Source: a virus. Taken from it: 64,000 bases of DNA. Of the stretch, positions 1-9,572 are shown piece after piece. The first letter of the stretch is position 1, and each line of letters starts with the position of its first letter. Location of the stretch: IMG/VR virus record IMGVR_UViG_3300020473_000020, positions 1 to 64,000 of that record; one strand, written 5' to 3'. The translations under genes and the position numbers were made by a program. The notes under the pieces were generated by a model that searched no databases, was not told the DNA's origin, and saw nothing but the letters and a program-made list of their open reading frames with translations.

Positions 1-41
1 TCGGGTACCAGTAACACCACGTCCCTGTACGATCCCGTGTA

Positions 42-599
42 CTACGACGCCGTATAACCCGTTGGGTAGACGTCTTTCTTTCGCGCAGCGCGACAGGCTT
101 TCCATGCAGCTTTACCGCCTAAACGTAGCGCCCAGTAAGCAACAGTATTTAACCATTTCATACCGTTAACGTGGTCGCCGACAGCTTTAAAGACCATGTC
201 CCATACTTCCTGACGTCCCGATGCGTAAGGCCGTATGGCATCTTTAATGTAGGTTCCATCGGGCTGACGAACCCACAGATAATCGTAGTCGTAGCCGAAG
301 TCGTGTAGCAGGCTCTGTACTAGCAGTACACCGTTGGGGCTGATCAGCGAGCGAAAGATACGCGGTACGCTAGCCCCGTTGAAGCGATAGCCTTGTGGTA
401 CAACTATCACCGTGCCGTTAGGCAATGTAAAATGCCAGTCTTCTGCTAAATCCCACTCACGCGTTGAACCCCACCAAACTTTAATTGCTTGAAGCCATGA
501 TAAGCCCTTCGTCTCAATTAACACAGGCACTAGTTTAGGCATCGAAATGCTGGCTTTGTTTTCCAAGGTGATGCTCCTATTGCTTTCGTGGAAAGACAC
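42..599 (-). CDS. DUF1353 family protein
   Basis: VPxGYxFNGASVPR and LLHDFGY motifs, C-terminal YWALRLGG. Confidence 0.75.
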   Translation of the reverse strand: MSFHESNRSITLENKASISMPKLVPVLIETKGLSWLQAIKVWWGSTREWDLAEDWHFTLPNGTVIVVPQGYRFNGASVPRIFRSLISPNGVLLVQSLLHDFGYDYDYLWVRQPDGTYIKDAIRPYASGRQEVWDMVFKAVGDHVNGMKWLNTVAYWALRLGGKAAWKACRAARKKDVYPTGYTAS

Positions 600-700
600 C
601 CCTTACGAGGTAGCAACACAGACACACTTGTACAACTCATTCACATTTCAATGAGTAGTTTAGCAAAAAACGGGGAAGCTTGTACAAAGGATTAGACAAC

Positions 701-728
701 AAAAAGGGCACCTTAGTTGGTGCCCCTT
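701..728 (-). terminator. Intrinsic terminator after the NAMPT-like gene
   Basis: GGGCACC/GGTGCCC stem with U-tract on the minus strand. Confidence 0.7.
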
Positions 729-764
729 AGCGAGTTAGGCTCAGTGCCTATTTAAGCTGTGGTA

Positions 765-2387
765 TTACAGCTGGCTTGCAATCTTAGCGCGGATCTCAGC
801 AAGTGTCGTTGTACGTAACAGCTTACCGTCTTCAAACACGACGCGAAGCAGTCCGCCTTGCTCTTGTTCTTCGGTGCAGTTATCAGTCATGACTAGCTCG
901 CCATTAACCTCGTCAACACGGATAAGCCCTTTAGCTGACTTCTTCTTTTTATCCGTTTTAGGGTCTTTGAAGATAGCCACTGATTCGCCTGCTTTGATAA
1001 CGTTAGTTGCTTTCACAGCTGAGCCGTGTGTATCACGTGTAACGTACTGGTAGCTGTAAGAACCGATACCTAGTACAACCTTAGAGCAGAAACCTTTATC
1101 CATCAGACGCTGTAAGATAGCACGCTGACGTTCTAGTGTGATAGCATCACCGTAGATTGCACCAATGTGCTCATCCAACATCTTGTAACCTTTATCGGTG
1201 ATAGTTCCGCCGAAAATATCCCACAGGCACTCGATAAGACCTTTTACTTCGCACTCCATAAGTACGGTTGACTGTTCTGCATTGCCAAGACCTTCTACCG
1301 TGTAGAGCTTGCCGTCGAAGCTAAATGCTTCTGAGCCAGCTTTAACAGCACGCATGTGTGCCATCGCAAAGGTCAGCTCGGTGCTCATGAAGATCTCAGG
1401 GTGTAATAGGTAACCCGTTAGGATCTTAACTGGACAGCCTGAGTCTGGTCGGATAATGACCGCGCCGTCACGAGCTAGAATTTCTTCTTTAAGCTCTGGT
1501 AAGTATTCAGTTACTAACTTCCAGAAATCCCATGTGTCGCTAACGACTGACAAGATGCCCGTAGGCGACTGTTCACACATTAGGTAGCGGAAGAACTCAA
1601 TCTCACCCTCAAGCAGCCATGAACAGGTCACTGAGTGCTCAGTTGCATCAACCGACGCACCGACTAACTCGGTCTCAACATTCGCACCGTAGAACTTCTC
1701 AGCAAATAGAACTGCTGGGATCGTGTCGGTACCGACTAGGCCACTTGCTAAGTGTCCAAAACCTGATGCCGCTGCTGCCGCGCGACCAAACATGCCACGG
1801 AATGAAAAGTCATGCCCTTGGAATGGTACAAAATCGAGTGGCACTCCCGTCTTCTCAGCATACTCGCGGAACACCTTAAAATAGGCCGTTGCAGTGGTTG
1901 CGCTTGTCTGAATACCCCAGTTCTCACAGCTCATAACCGTCTCGATCATGTTGGTAAGCCAAGCAAAATCGGGGTGAGTGTTAACAACGGTGATAGGCGG
2001 TACTTGGTAAGGCACTAACGTACCCTCTTCCAATGCTTTGATGCGAAGTGGTAGGTAGCCAAGGTCATGCAAATTACGTAGGTACTCAACGTTAACGCTG
2101 TAGCCCAGCATTGAATCAAGTATGCGTTTGTGTGCGCGGACAGCGGCTTCTTTCGGAGCTTTAAAGAATAGGCTCCACTCGTCCATCAAGTAGTCCATAA
2201 CGAAGTATTGAAGACCCACAAAAGCAACATGTGCATTGTCAGGTACGTTACTTAGCTTACCATTACGCGATGTATAGTTCGCATAAACGCTGGTTACCTG
2301 CGGGTGGTATGCTCTTAAATGAAATTCCTTATACACATCTTTAGCTAATGAGCTGGTTTGTACGGTTGTTGATGTAGTTAAATTCAT
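765..2387 (-). CDS. nadV: Nicotinamide phosphoribosyltransferase family (NadV/NAMPT; possibly NARP1 Namat)
   Basis: DxYK, FVGLQYF, HDFSFRG, ATEHSV, SVVSDTWD, IRPDSG, IYGDAIT, FKDPKTD..KKSAKG motifs. Confidence 0.93.
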   Translation of the reverse strand: MNLTTSTTVQTSSLAKDVYKEFHLRAYHPQVTSVYANYTSRNGKLSNVPDNAHVAFVGLQYFVMDYLMDEWSLFFKAPKEAAVRAHKRILDSMLGYSVNVEYLRNLHDLGYLPLRIKALEEGTLVPYQVPPITVVNTHPDFAWLTNMIETVMSCENWGIQTSATTATAYFKVFREYAEKTGVPLDFVPFQGHDFSFRGMFGRAAAAASGFGHLASGLVGTDTIPAVLFAEKFYGANVETELVGASVDATEHSVTCSWLLEGEIEFFRYLMCEQSPTGILSVVSDTWDFWKLVTEYLPELKEEILARDGAVIIRPDSGCPVKILTGYLLHPEIFMSTELTFAMAHMRAVKAGSEAFSFDGKLYTVEGLGNAEQSTVLMECEVKGLIECLWDIFGGTITDKGYKMLDEHIGAIYGDAITLERQRAILQRLMDKGFCSKVVLGIGSYSYQYVTRDTHGSAVKATNVIKAGESVAIFKDPKTDKKKKSAKGLIRVDEVNGELVMTDNCTEEQEQGGLLRVVFEDGKLLRTTTLAEIRAKIASQL

Positions 2388-2471
2388 TGTCTTTGTCTCT
2401 TTTGTTCAAGTCTTTTTAACTGACTTCTTAATAAGCCAGCACTGGTTTTTGTTCTGTGGACTACGTGAGGC

Positions 2472-3347
2472 TTACAGCTCAACCACAGTCAGGCTTACGT
2501 CTGCACCATTGAGTGCTTGTAACTGTTCACGTGTCTTGAATGAATCAGTTGTGTAGATAGTATCAATTAAGCCCGCGAATACTGACATACCTTGAGAGAA
2601 AATGCCATGGGTAACGTACAAAGAAATCGACTGTGCACCACGGTTTTTCGCAACTTTTGCAAGTTCAAGATACGTACGGCCACCGTCACACAAGTCATCT
2701 ACGATAATGAGGTCTTTACCAGCCACATCGCCATTGATTTCAGTTCGGATTATGTCACCTGTTGCCATATCGCGAAGTTTCTCGCCTTGTACAACGCTTG
2801 TGCAGCCCATGTACTTTGCTAACGTGTGCGTTTTCTTCGCAGCACCTGCATCGGGAGCAACCAATGTGTAGTCGTTTGATTTCAACTTAGCTGTTAGCGT
2901 TGTACAACGGTTGATTACGTTAACCTGTGAAAGATTCACCACGTTATTCAGTAGGGCAGTGGTTACATCGCTGTGCGCATCGGCAATCACAACTTTCGTA
3001 AAGTTCATTGAGTTAATAAGGTCGGCCATGACGCGTACGCTAAGCGCTTCACCTTCGTTACATACACGGTCTTGGCGAGCGTATGGGAAATATAGAGCTT
3101 TTAGCTCTAAGTTTAATGTCCCACCAAAGATGTTGCGAAGGGCATTAACCGCTAGTAATAGTTTCATCACAGCCGATGAGTTAGTTAATCGCGTCTCGAT
3201 TCGTGCGCTGAACTGTGTCTCTGTGTCTAGTTCGTTTAGCGCGTCATCTACGATGCGGATGTTTTCTTCACCACCGTTAAAAGTGATTGTCTCAACTTGT
3301 AATTCGCGTTCTTCTTGGCATCCGCTTTGTTTAATAAAAATTCTCAT
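2472..3347 (-). CDS. prs: Ribose-phosphate pyrophosphokinase family (possibly NARP1 Adps)
   Basis: FNGGEENI, YFPYARQDR, DAHS, VAPDAGA, IVDDLCDGGRT, VTHGIFS motifs. Confidence 0.92.
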   Translation of the reverse strand: MRIFIKQSGCQEERELQVETITFNGGEENIRIVDDALNELDTETQFSARIETRLTNSSAVMKLLLAVNALRNIFGGTLNLELKALYFPYARQDRVCNEGEALSVRVMADLINSMNFTKVVIADAHSDVTTALLNNVVNLSQVNVINRCTTLTAKLKSNDYTLVAPDAGAAKKTHTLAKYMGCTSVVQGEKLRDMATGDIIRTEINGDVAGKDLIIVDDLCDGGRTYLELAKVAKNRGAQSISLYVTHGIFSQGMSVFAGLIDTIYTTDSFKTREQLQALNGADVSLTVVEL

Positions 3348-3366
3348 TGTATCGTTTTCCGTCTTG

Positions 3367-3387
3367 TAAGTATCAGCTTGGTACTTA
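3367..3387. promoter_or_regulatory. Putative NrtR operator 1 (21-bp imperfect palindrome)
   Basis: TAAGTATCAGCTTGGTACTTA, covering the predicted prs transcription start. Confidence 0.8.
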
Positions 3388-3415
3388 CTTTAATGCAACA
3401 TTCGGATGCCGTCAA
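3387..3415 (-). promoter_or_regulatory. Sigma70-type promoter for prs-nadV
   Basis: TTGACG-17 bp-TAAAGT on the minus strand, AT-rich tract upstream. Confidence 0.7.
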
Positions 3416-3430
3416 CCCCTTTTATAATAA

Positions 3431-3472
3431 AAAGTTTCAGGCTGGTACTTTAAAGTATCAGGTTGGTACTTG
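3431..3472. promoter_or_regulatory. Putative NrtR operators 2 and 3 (tandem 21-bp imperfect palindromes)
   Basis: AAAGTTTCAGGCTGGTACTTT (3431-3451) and AAAGTATCAGGTTGGTACTTG (3452-3472), same consensus as operator 1. Confidence 0.8.
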
Positions 3473-3474
3473 TA

Positions 3475-3503
3475 TTGACTTTAGAATCAATTAACTATAA
3501 GCT
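3475..3503 (+). promoter_or_regulatory. Sigma70-type promoter for nrtR
   Basis: TTGACT-17 bp-TAAGCT. Confidence 0.6.
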
Positions 3504-3512
3504 CTCACTATA

Positions 3513-4256
3513 ATGAAAATTACAACAAGTAAAGAAGCCATCATGACTGAACAAGAATATTTAGCGTCCTATAATGCAAAGGACTTCGACTCCCCACTAG
3601 TAACTGTCGACAGCGTACTGTTTACTATCCGCGAGGGTGACTTACATGTGCTTCTTGTAAAGCGCGCTAACCATCCTTTCATCAATCACTGGGGCTTAGC
3701 AGGTGGCTTTATTGATCTAGAGGCCGATGCCGAACTAGCTGATTGCGCTATACGTAAGCTTACTGAAAAGACAGGTATTGCGCCGCCATACTTAAAGCAG
3801 CTGTCTACCCGTGGTAATGCAAAGCGTGACCCGCGTGGTTACTCAGTCAGCACTGGCTTCTATGCACTCATCGACCACCAAGAGTGCACAGCATTAAATG
3901 CTGACGTCTCTGATGCGCAGTGGTTTAAGTTCACTGAGCTGCCTGAGCAGTTAGCCTTTGACCACCGTGAGATTATTGAATATGCCTACACGCGTCTGAC
4001 GAACGACGCCCGTTTCCGCTTAGTCGTTGCCCACGCATTGCCTAAGCAGTTTACCTTGGCACAGTTCCAAGCAGCTCACGAAGTGATTTTAGGTCAGCCG
4101 CTCTCTAAAGCATCATTCCGCCGCCGAATTGAACGCGCACAAGTACTGGAAAGCACAGGGGAGTTTTGCAAGAAGCACGCAAGACCCGCTGAATTGTTCC
4201 GCGTTAAACCCGAGCTAGATAATTATGAGTTCGACCAATCTATCGCGATGAACTAA
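3513..4256 (+). CDS. nrtR: NrtR-family Nudix-related transcriptional regulator
   Basis: N-terminal Nudix (VTVDSV, WGLAGGF, RDPRG, LAFDH), C-terminal wHTH (FTLAQFQ..ILG..ASFRRRI..RPAELF); divergent from prs-nadV. Confidence 0.92.
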   Translation: MKITTSKEAIMTEQEYLASYNAKDFDSPLVTVDSVLFTIREGDLHVLLVKRANHPFINHWGLAGGFIDLEADAELADCAIRKLTEKTGIAPPYLKQLSTRGNAKRDPRGYSVSTGFYALIDHQECTALNADVSDAQWFKFTELPEQLAFDHREIIEYAYTRLTNDARFRLVVAHALPKQFTLAQFQAAHEVILGQPLSKASFRRRIERAQVLESTGEFCKKHARPAELFRVKPELDNYEFDQSIAMN

Positions 4257-4259
4257 AAG

Positions 4260-4285
4260 AAAAGGCTACCAACGGTAGCCTTTTT
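4260..4285. terminator. Bidirectional intrinsic terminator
   Basis: AAAAGGCTACC-AAC-GGTAGCCTTTTT between convergent genes. Confidence 0.8.
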
Positions 4286-4294
4286 AGTCAGTGC

Positions 4295-4537
4295 TTAGCA
4301 AAAACAAGCAGTGCCGTCTTGGCGGAGCATTCCCCTGTCCAAGCAGTACAGACACTTGTACTCGTCGACCTTAATGATCTTAAAGTCTTCTACTTGGTGC
4401 TGCTTGGCCAGCTTGGTGAGCTGCCTTTTCACAGCAAGAGCCGACTTAACCTCGGCAAAGTCCTTATGACCTGTCACGGTCTTAACACCGTCGATAGTTC
4501 GCGATGTGTACTCAAAGGTTGTAACAAAATTAGCCAT
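4295..4537 (-). CDS. Hypothetical protein with C-terminal CxxC/CxC
   Basis: ORF in operon context. Confidence 0.55.
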   Translation of the reverse strand: MANFVTTFEYTSRTIDGVKTVTGHKDFAEVKSALAVKRQLTKLAKQHQVEDFKIIKVDEYKCLYCLDRGMLRQDGTACFC

Positions 4538-4724
4538 GCGTCATGAACCCCCGTCATTATCGAATGCCTGACACAGCTCCAAATAGAATGTACCTGCGCA
4601 AACGATGAATGTGAGCCATAACCAGCCCTCGACTGATCGTGATGTGTGCATGGCCACTGACCATGTGCTGGCCATGAGAACGAACACGCATAAGTACCAA
4701 GGTAATCTTTTCAGCATGCGTACC

Positions 4725-4976
4725 TCACTGTATGAAAGGGATATAGCGGATTGTGACCCTCTTTAGGTCAGCCGAGCTTTTAATGTCGTCGCGAATGTGT
4801 TTCTGAGCATCCTCAAGCGTCCTAAACGTGACATCATCAGTGCCACCGCCCTGATTACACGTCTTCCAGCTAAACCAGAATGGAAAGAATCTATAGGTAT
4901 ACTGCGGCGTATATCTGTAGCCCAGTTCGTCGCAGCCCTTAACTTTAGTTCTGTAGCGTGGTGCAAATGTCGGCAT
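4725..4976 (-). CDS. Hypothetical phage protein
   Basis: ORF abutting the HD gene. Confidence 0.55.
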   Translation of the reverse strand: MPTFAPRYRTKVKGCDELGYRYTPQYTYRFFPFWFSWKTCNQGGGTDDVTFRTLEDAQKHIRDDIKSSADLKRVTIRYIPFIQ

Positions 4977-4977
4977 C

Positions 4978-5508
4978 CTATACCTCTAACAGTCGATCGA
5001 GTTCTAACCAAAGCTCGGATGGCTGACCCTCGCGGTACACGGCATCTTTGAAAGCAGCGTGCTCCCCACGGTATTTAGTCAGCATCTTGCTATTATCTTC
5101 ATGATGTGATTTACGTACATTCGCTAAACGGTCGCACAGCTTAACCACAAGCGTAATGAACTCACGCGGTAAGCTCGCGTCAAGCGCCTTTAGCTTGGCA
5201 TGTGTCTTTAGCTTGCGCTCGGCACGTGTTGCCCCTTCCTCATCGGAGATCCACTCAACCATTTGCGCGATGTCTTCCCCGAACAGGTGCGCAATATCCT
5301 CACGCGTCTTAGCTGTGTCCTCAACCACGTCATGAAGGTAGCCTAGGGCTTGTGCAAAATGGCCGTAGGGCTTCGCTAGGTAGGCTACAAGGTCTAAGTG
5401 GTAAACATAGTCATGCTCCCCATACTTTTGACCGTGGTGAGCGTCTACGGCGTATTCTCGTGCGGCTTGTACGAGCTTCGATGTGGGTTTAATTTTTGTT
5501 GTGAGCAT
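4978..5508 (-). CDS. HD-domain protein, RelA/SpoT-type small alarmone hydrolase (Mesh1-like)
   Basis: AHHGQKY..YVYHL, LHDVVEDT, VKLCDRLANV motifs. Confidence 0.85.
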   Translation of the reverse strand: MLTTKIKPTSKLVQAAREYAVDAHHGQKYGEHDYVYHLDLVAYLAKPYGHFAQALGYLHDVVEDTAKTREDIAHLFGEDIAQMVEWISDEEGATRAERKLKTHAKLKALDASLPREFITLVVKLCDRLANVRKSHHEDNSKMLTKYRGEHAAFKDAVYREGQPSELWLELDRLLEV

Positions 5509-5560
5509 TCCCAGTTCCTTATTTATTTTATAATTTTCTTGGTTCTGAGCAGGCCAGTGC

Positions 5561-6109
5561 TTAACTGGCCTTTTCTAGAAGTACTTGTGGGAATGTCTCT
5601 TTTTCGTAGCCGTTTTCATCAGGGAAACGTCCCTCATGGTCTGCTAATACGATCTGAACATAGTCAGGCATTTCGATGCGTTCCTGATAGTACTCAGGGT
5701 ATTCCTGATAGAACACTTCATTTTGCACGACCATGGTGCTAAGAAGCTGCTCAGTACGTGCTAGTGGACGTAGTTGAACATCAACAGACATTTGGTCGAA
5801 GTCTAACGTTAATGGCTTTAATGAGTAACCTGAGCGCTCCCAGCTCGTAAGCACACCCTTGATGAACTCTGCACCCACGTTATGTGGCACAGGTAGGGTG
5901 ACAACGAGGTCAGGCAGACCCTTGTTCGCAACGCCAATAGAGTAGATGTGACCTTCGATAACGCCCATCACGGCAAAGCCATACTTCTCAATTAGGGCAC
6001 CGAAGCTAGCGCGCATTTCTTTTAGTCGGCGATGGACTTCTTCTTTACTTAGTACTTCTTCGTGCGTTGGATCTGGTGAACCCACACCATTGTGGTTTTC
6101 ATTCGACAT
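5561..6109 (-). CDS. DUF4262-like protein
   Basis: IEKYGFAVMGV, YSIG..GLPDL, QIVLAD..GRFP pattern. Confidence 0.6.
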   Translation of the reverse strand: MSNENHNGVGSPDPTHEEVLSKEEVHRRLKEMRASFGALIEKYGFAVMGVIEGHIYSIGVANKGLPDLVVTLPVPHNVGAEFIKGVLTSWERSGYSLKPLTLDFDQMSVDVQLRPLARTEQLLSTMVVQNEVFYQEYPEYYQERIEMPDYVQIVLADHEGRFPDENGYEKETFPQVLLEKAS

Positions 6110-6126
6110 GTCTTTGTCTCCATTAG

Positions 6127-6399
6127 TTAGATTTTATTGATTGCCCGATAGCGCTTGGTCTCATTGTCGGTAATATCCGACCACCAACTCGGGTCTAGTG
6201 TCTCAGTAGTGCCATTTAAAAGCTGTGCCTTAACGTTGCCCATGAGTGAGTTCAACTCGCGGCTGCCAGCTGTAAAGGTTCGTTTATGTTGAAGGATTCG
6301 ACCACCCAGCGTCAGTACCTGCACACGGCGGTCATCGGCTGAGCGGGTCACTGACGGGACAGTGATTACATTAATCGCTTTGGTTAGACAGATATTCAT
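6127..6399 (-). CDS. Hypothetical protein
   Basis: ORF overlapping the upstream gene end. Confidence 0.5.
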   Translation of the reverse strand: MNICLTKAINVITVPSVTRSADDRRVQVLTLGGRILQHKRTFTAGSRELNSLMGNVKAQLLNGTTETLDPSWWSDITDNETKRYRAINKI

Positions 6400-7015
6400 T
6401 GTAGTGCAGTGTCTTTTGAGAAGCGCGAAGGTTTAGTAAGGCTTTTGGTAGTAAGCACTTTTGTAGGATCCCAATGCGGCGTGCAATGTCAGCCGAGTAG
6501 TGTGGTACTGACTCCCAGTTCTGACCGCCGTTGTAATAAGCCCAAATATCTCGCCACTTGCCCGTACCAACAATACGTTTACCGTCGTCTAGCACTTGCA
6601 TAGCATGACGTGCAGCAAAGGGCATATCATCCATTAAGCGCTGTGCAAGCATGTTCTTTTTAAAGCCACTGGTTACGTTATCGCGGCGTGCTGCATACGT
6701 TAGATTCACATGAAAAACCCCATACGATGGGTCTGTGTAATTTACGTTAACCTTGCCTGCAAGTGATTCTTTCCAAGCTATAGCGGCAAGTGAATAGCCG
6801 TAGCCTCTATCGAGTCCAAGATGGAACGAGTCTAAGAGTGTATGTATTTGACCACTATCAAGCTGGTGGACTTCCTTGCACGACGTAGCGGCCTCAGAGT
6901 TCGTGCTTAACGCAGCTAAGAAAAATAGGATGGCACACGGTACCTTTGCTTTGTGAACGGTACGTTTAAAACGCTGGCGTTGTACGTACTGTTCGCGACT
7001 CAATATAGCGCTCAT
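6371..7015 (-). CDS. Lysozyme-like/SLT lytic transglycosylase with N-terminal hydrophobic segment
   Basis: AIAWKES (catalytic Glu), YGVFHVN, AYYNGG motifs. Confidence 0.7.
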   Translation of the reverse strand: MSAILSREQYVQRQRFKRTVHKAKVPCAILFFLAALSTNSEAATSCKEVHQLDSGQIHTLLDSFHLGLDRGYGYSLAAIAWKESLAGKVNVNYTDPSYGVFHVNLTYAARRDNVTSGFKKNMLAQRLMDDMPFAARHAMQVLDDGKRIVGTGKWRDIWAYYNGGQNWESVPHYSADIARRIGILQKCLLPKALLNLRASQKTLHYNEYLSNQSD

Positions 7016-7162
7016 AGTCTCGATGTCTTGTAACTCAGTATCAATATGGCGCGCATCTTAACGCACAAAGGACTGTAGCGCAATTCTTTTTGATTTTCGT
7101 TGTACAACAAAAAGGGCTGCACATTGTACAACCCTTTTAAATCAAATCAATTTCGCTGTCGC

Positions 7163-8041
7163 TTAAAGATTGCTAGACCAGTCGAGTAAGGCGTCTTCGT
7201 TTTCATTAAAAAACTTGATAAGCTTATCGGCAGCGCCTTGGAAGTCTTTTTGTTTTAGCATGCGAGGTGCTTTAACCAGCTCTTTAGCGCGACGGCTGAA
7301 ACCTGATACGATTTCAAAGCGCATATCTTCACGGGCATTCGGGGCTTCTGGTGTTTGGTGGATCATGAAAATCATGCGGAATAACGCATTGAACTCAATG
7401 CCACGTAGATTCGGGTTTTCCACGATGTCATTAGACGTGTAGCGTACTGTTACAGTACGGCCGCCACCCAATGCTTTTTTGTTAAGCTCAACCGAGAAGT
7501 TTGCCTTTTCTTTTAGCGACTTCGGGATGTTATCTTCGATATAGGCCACAAACTCTTCATCTGTTTTGAACTCGACCTTTGCTTCGTCGATAGACTCTTC
7601 AACAAGCTTTAAGTAGGTGTCCACACCGCGCTCGACTTCAACAGTGATCAAGCCTTTCTTTTCTAGTGCTTGGTAGGCTGACATGATACGGCCATAGTCG
7701 ATACCAATGTTTTCACGACGGCGCGTAATGCTGTTTACAGAGACAACGTCGCCTTTTTCAGCTGCGGCTTTCGCGGCATCTAATAGCATCTTTTGAACTT
7801 TACCTTGCGGCTTAGCTTCACCTAGTACGGTATCTTGACCGATATAGACACGGATGTCCTCTTGTGAGCTTTTTTCTTCGTTTAATGAGGTTGGCTGTGC
7901 CTTACCAAATGATACACCGCCCATTGATTCCATCAATGACGTTGCGCGTGAGTGTGATGCAGGCTGGTGAGTGCCATTACTGTAATTAGTTGGTTCGCTG
8001 AATGTTTCCATTAGGCTACCAAGTCTTGAGGTCTGTCGCAT
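7163..8041 (-). CDS. Hypothetical protein, candidate internal head protein
   Basis: SRLGSLMET and SRATSLMES motifs, several xxEA putative protease sites. Confidence 0.55.
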   Translation of the reverse strand: MRQTSRLGSLMETFSEPTNYSNGTHQPASHSRATSLMESMGGVSFGKAQPTSLNEEKSSQEDIRVYIGQDTVLGEAKPQGKVQKMLLDAAKAAAEKGDVVSVNSITRRRENIGIDYGRIMSAYQALEKKGLITVEVERGVDTYLKLVEESIDEAKVEFKTDEEFVAYIEDNIPKSLKEKANFSVELNKKALGGGRTVTVRYTSNDIVENPNLRGIEFNALFRMIFMIHQTPEAPNAREDMRFEIVSGFSRRAKELVKAPRMLKQKDFQGAADKLIKFFNENEDALLDWSSNL

Positions 8042-8130
8042 TCTCGCGTCTCCAAAGTCTCATTAAAAAAGTGCACGTACAACGTGCTGTAGGGCAACCA
8101 TTGTACAACACTTTTTCATACTTAGAAAAC

Positions 8131-8769
8131 TTAGGCTTCACCTAGTATCACAGTGCCTTCACTCTCGGCCTTTAGTGCTTCTTCACGAAGCCTCGCGTCG
8201 AGTTCTGCTATAAGGGCATCTATGTGCGCGACAGCATCTAAATAAACCTGATGTCGGTTCACCTCTTGGTTTATCTCGTCGAGGTATCGTTCGTAAACCT
8301 CTTGCGCCTCGTAAACTGTCATAGGTAACATGCCTGCCTCGTTACCGTCGCGGCCTTCCCATGCTGGTGCGAGTACCATTGCGCCAACATTAAGGCCATC
8401 AACGATGATGAGGTCAGCACGTGAGGTCTTCAAGGCAAGGCTGTCACTTAGCATGGCTTGCCAGCTTTCTGTAAGTGTTTCCCATGCTGTCTCATCGATC
8501 ACGATGGAGTCAAAGTGTTCTGGCTTTACGATACCCTGAACCTTTACGCGTGACTCAGGTACCTGCTCATCACCTTCCTTCTCGGCGTAGTACCAGTGCT
8601 CACCCACTTTGATGACGGGTTCAATTGCGCCTGTTGCTTCACGTACAAAATACGAGTACTCCACTCGGTGTGAAAAGCGTCGCAAGATTACTTTAAGTTC
8701 TGGTCGTTCTTCTAGGCGAGCAATGCGCTCGACCATCGCTGTTGCGCTGCCCCAATCTTGTAAACTCAT
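8131..8769 (-). CDS. Hypothetical protein
   Basis: 212-aa ORF in operon. Confidence 0.6.
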   Translation of the reverse strand: MSLQDWGSATAMVERIARLEERPELKVILRRFSHRVEYSYFVREATGAIEPVIKVGEHWYYAEKEGDEQVPESRVKVQGIVKPEHFDSIVIDETAWETLTESWQAMLSDSLALKTSRADLIIVDGLNVGAMVLAPAWEGRDGNEAGMLPMTVYEAQEVYERYLDEINQEVNRHQVYLDAVAHIDALIAELDARLREEALKAESEGTVILGEA

Positions 8770-8771
8770 TG

Positions 8772-9077
8772 TTATGCCTTAACGACTTTGTAGTTAGCCA
8801 TAGAACCCGTGAAGAACTCCTTTGATACACGCTTGATATGAGCGTCACCCGAGTCCTTTAGTTCAGGATGGAACAGTAATACAATGGCGCGTTTGGCGTC
8901 GAAGTTGCTGTCATGGACGCCGTACTGTTTAGGGTCTGGGATCCACTCTATCTTGGTGCCGTTACTGCTGCCATAAGCACTTGCACGTTTAACCACTTTA
9001 GGTGTGGCCACCGTGTATTTTACACGCTCATTTAACATTACTTCAAAGCGCTTCTGTATTGCTTCTGCTCGGGTCAT
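8772..9077 (-). CDS. Hypothetical protein
   Basis: ORF in operon. Confidence 0.55.
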   Translation of the reverse strand: MTRAEAIQKRFEVMLNERVKYTVATPKVVKRASAYGSSNGTKIEWIPDPKQYGVHDSNFDAKRAIVLLFHPELKDSGDAHIKRVSKEFFTGSMANYKVVKA

Positions 9078-9133
9078 ACTTGTCTCTGTGTTCCAATTTA
9101 AGTCATTAAATTGTACAACGCCCGTCTATTCCG

Positions 9134-9526
9134 TTACAACAAAGCATCGATCAGGTTTAGCGAACCTCGGTATCGGCCAGCGGGTGCTCGCCAAGCGCGC
9201 TTAGCGTCAGGATTAAATACCGATTCGAAATAGTCTTCTGCTGCCAACTTATTTGTGAACGGCGGAGCGGAGTACACAAGGATATAGTGTTTTAGCGAGC
9301 GTCTATCGCGTAGAGCACCTTTTTTAATTTGCAGGCTGTCTAACTGGCGGTGAAGTAGCTGGTTTGTCTTCAAAGTGTGCTTATGGCCGTGTGTGAAAAT
9401 TACGACGGTCAGTCCGTCATAGTTAGCCGCGTCTTGCAGTTGTTTGCGGCTCGGCATTCCCCAAATTATTCTGTAAGGTACCGTGTGCTTAACCATCAAT
9501 TTGTCGGAGACATTAACTTCATACAT
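9134..9526 (-). CDS. Hypothetical protein
   Basis: ORF in operon. Confidence 0.55.
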   Translation of the reverse strand: MYEVNVSDKLMVKHTVPYRIIWGMPSRKQLQDAANYDGLTVVIFTHGHKHTLKTNQLLHRQLDSLQIKKGALRDRRSLKHYILVYSAPPFTNKLAAEDYFESVFNPDAKRAWRAPAGRYRGSLNLIDALL

Positions 9527-9572
9527 ACTGGGTTTCTCATAGCAAAAAGCCCCTTAATAAAGAGGCTTTAAT

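Noticed and set aside
3367-3472. Three repeats as a mini-CRISPR or iterons
   Set aside because: Palindromic, 21 bp, two directly adjacent, and located in an nrtR divergon, so better explained as operators.
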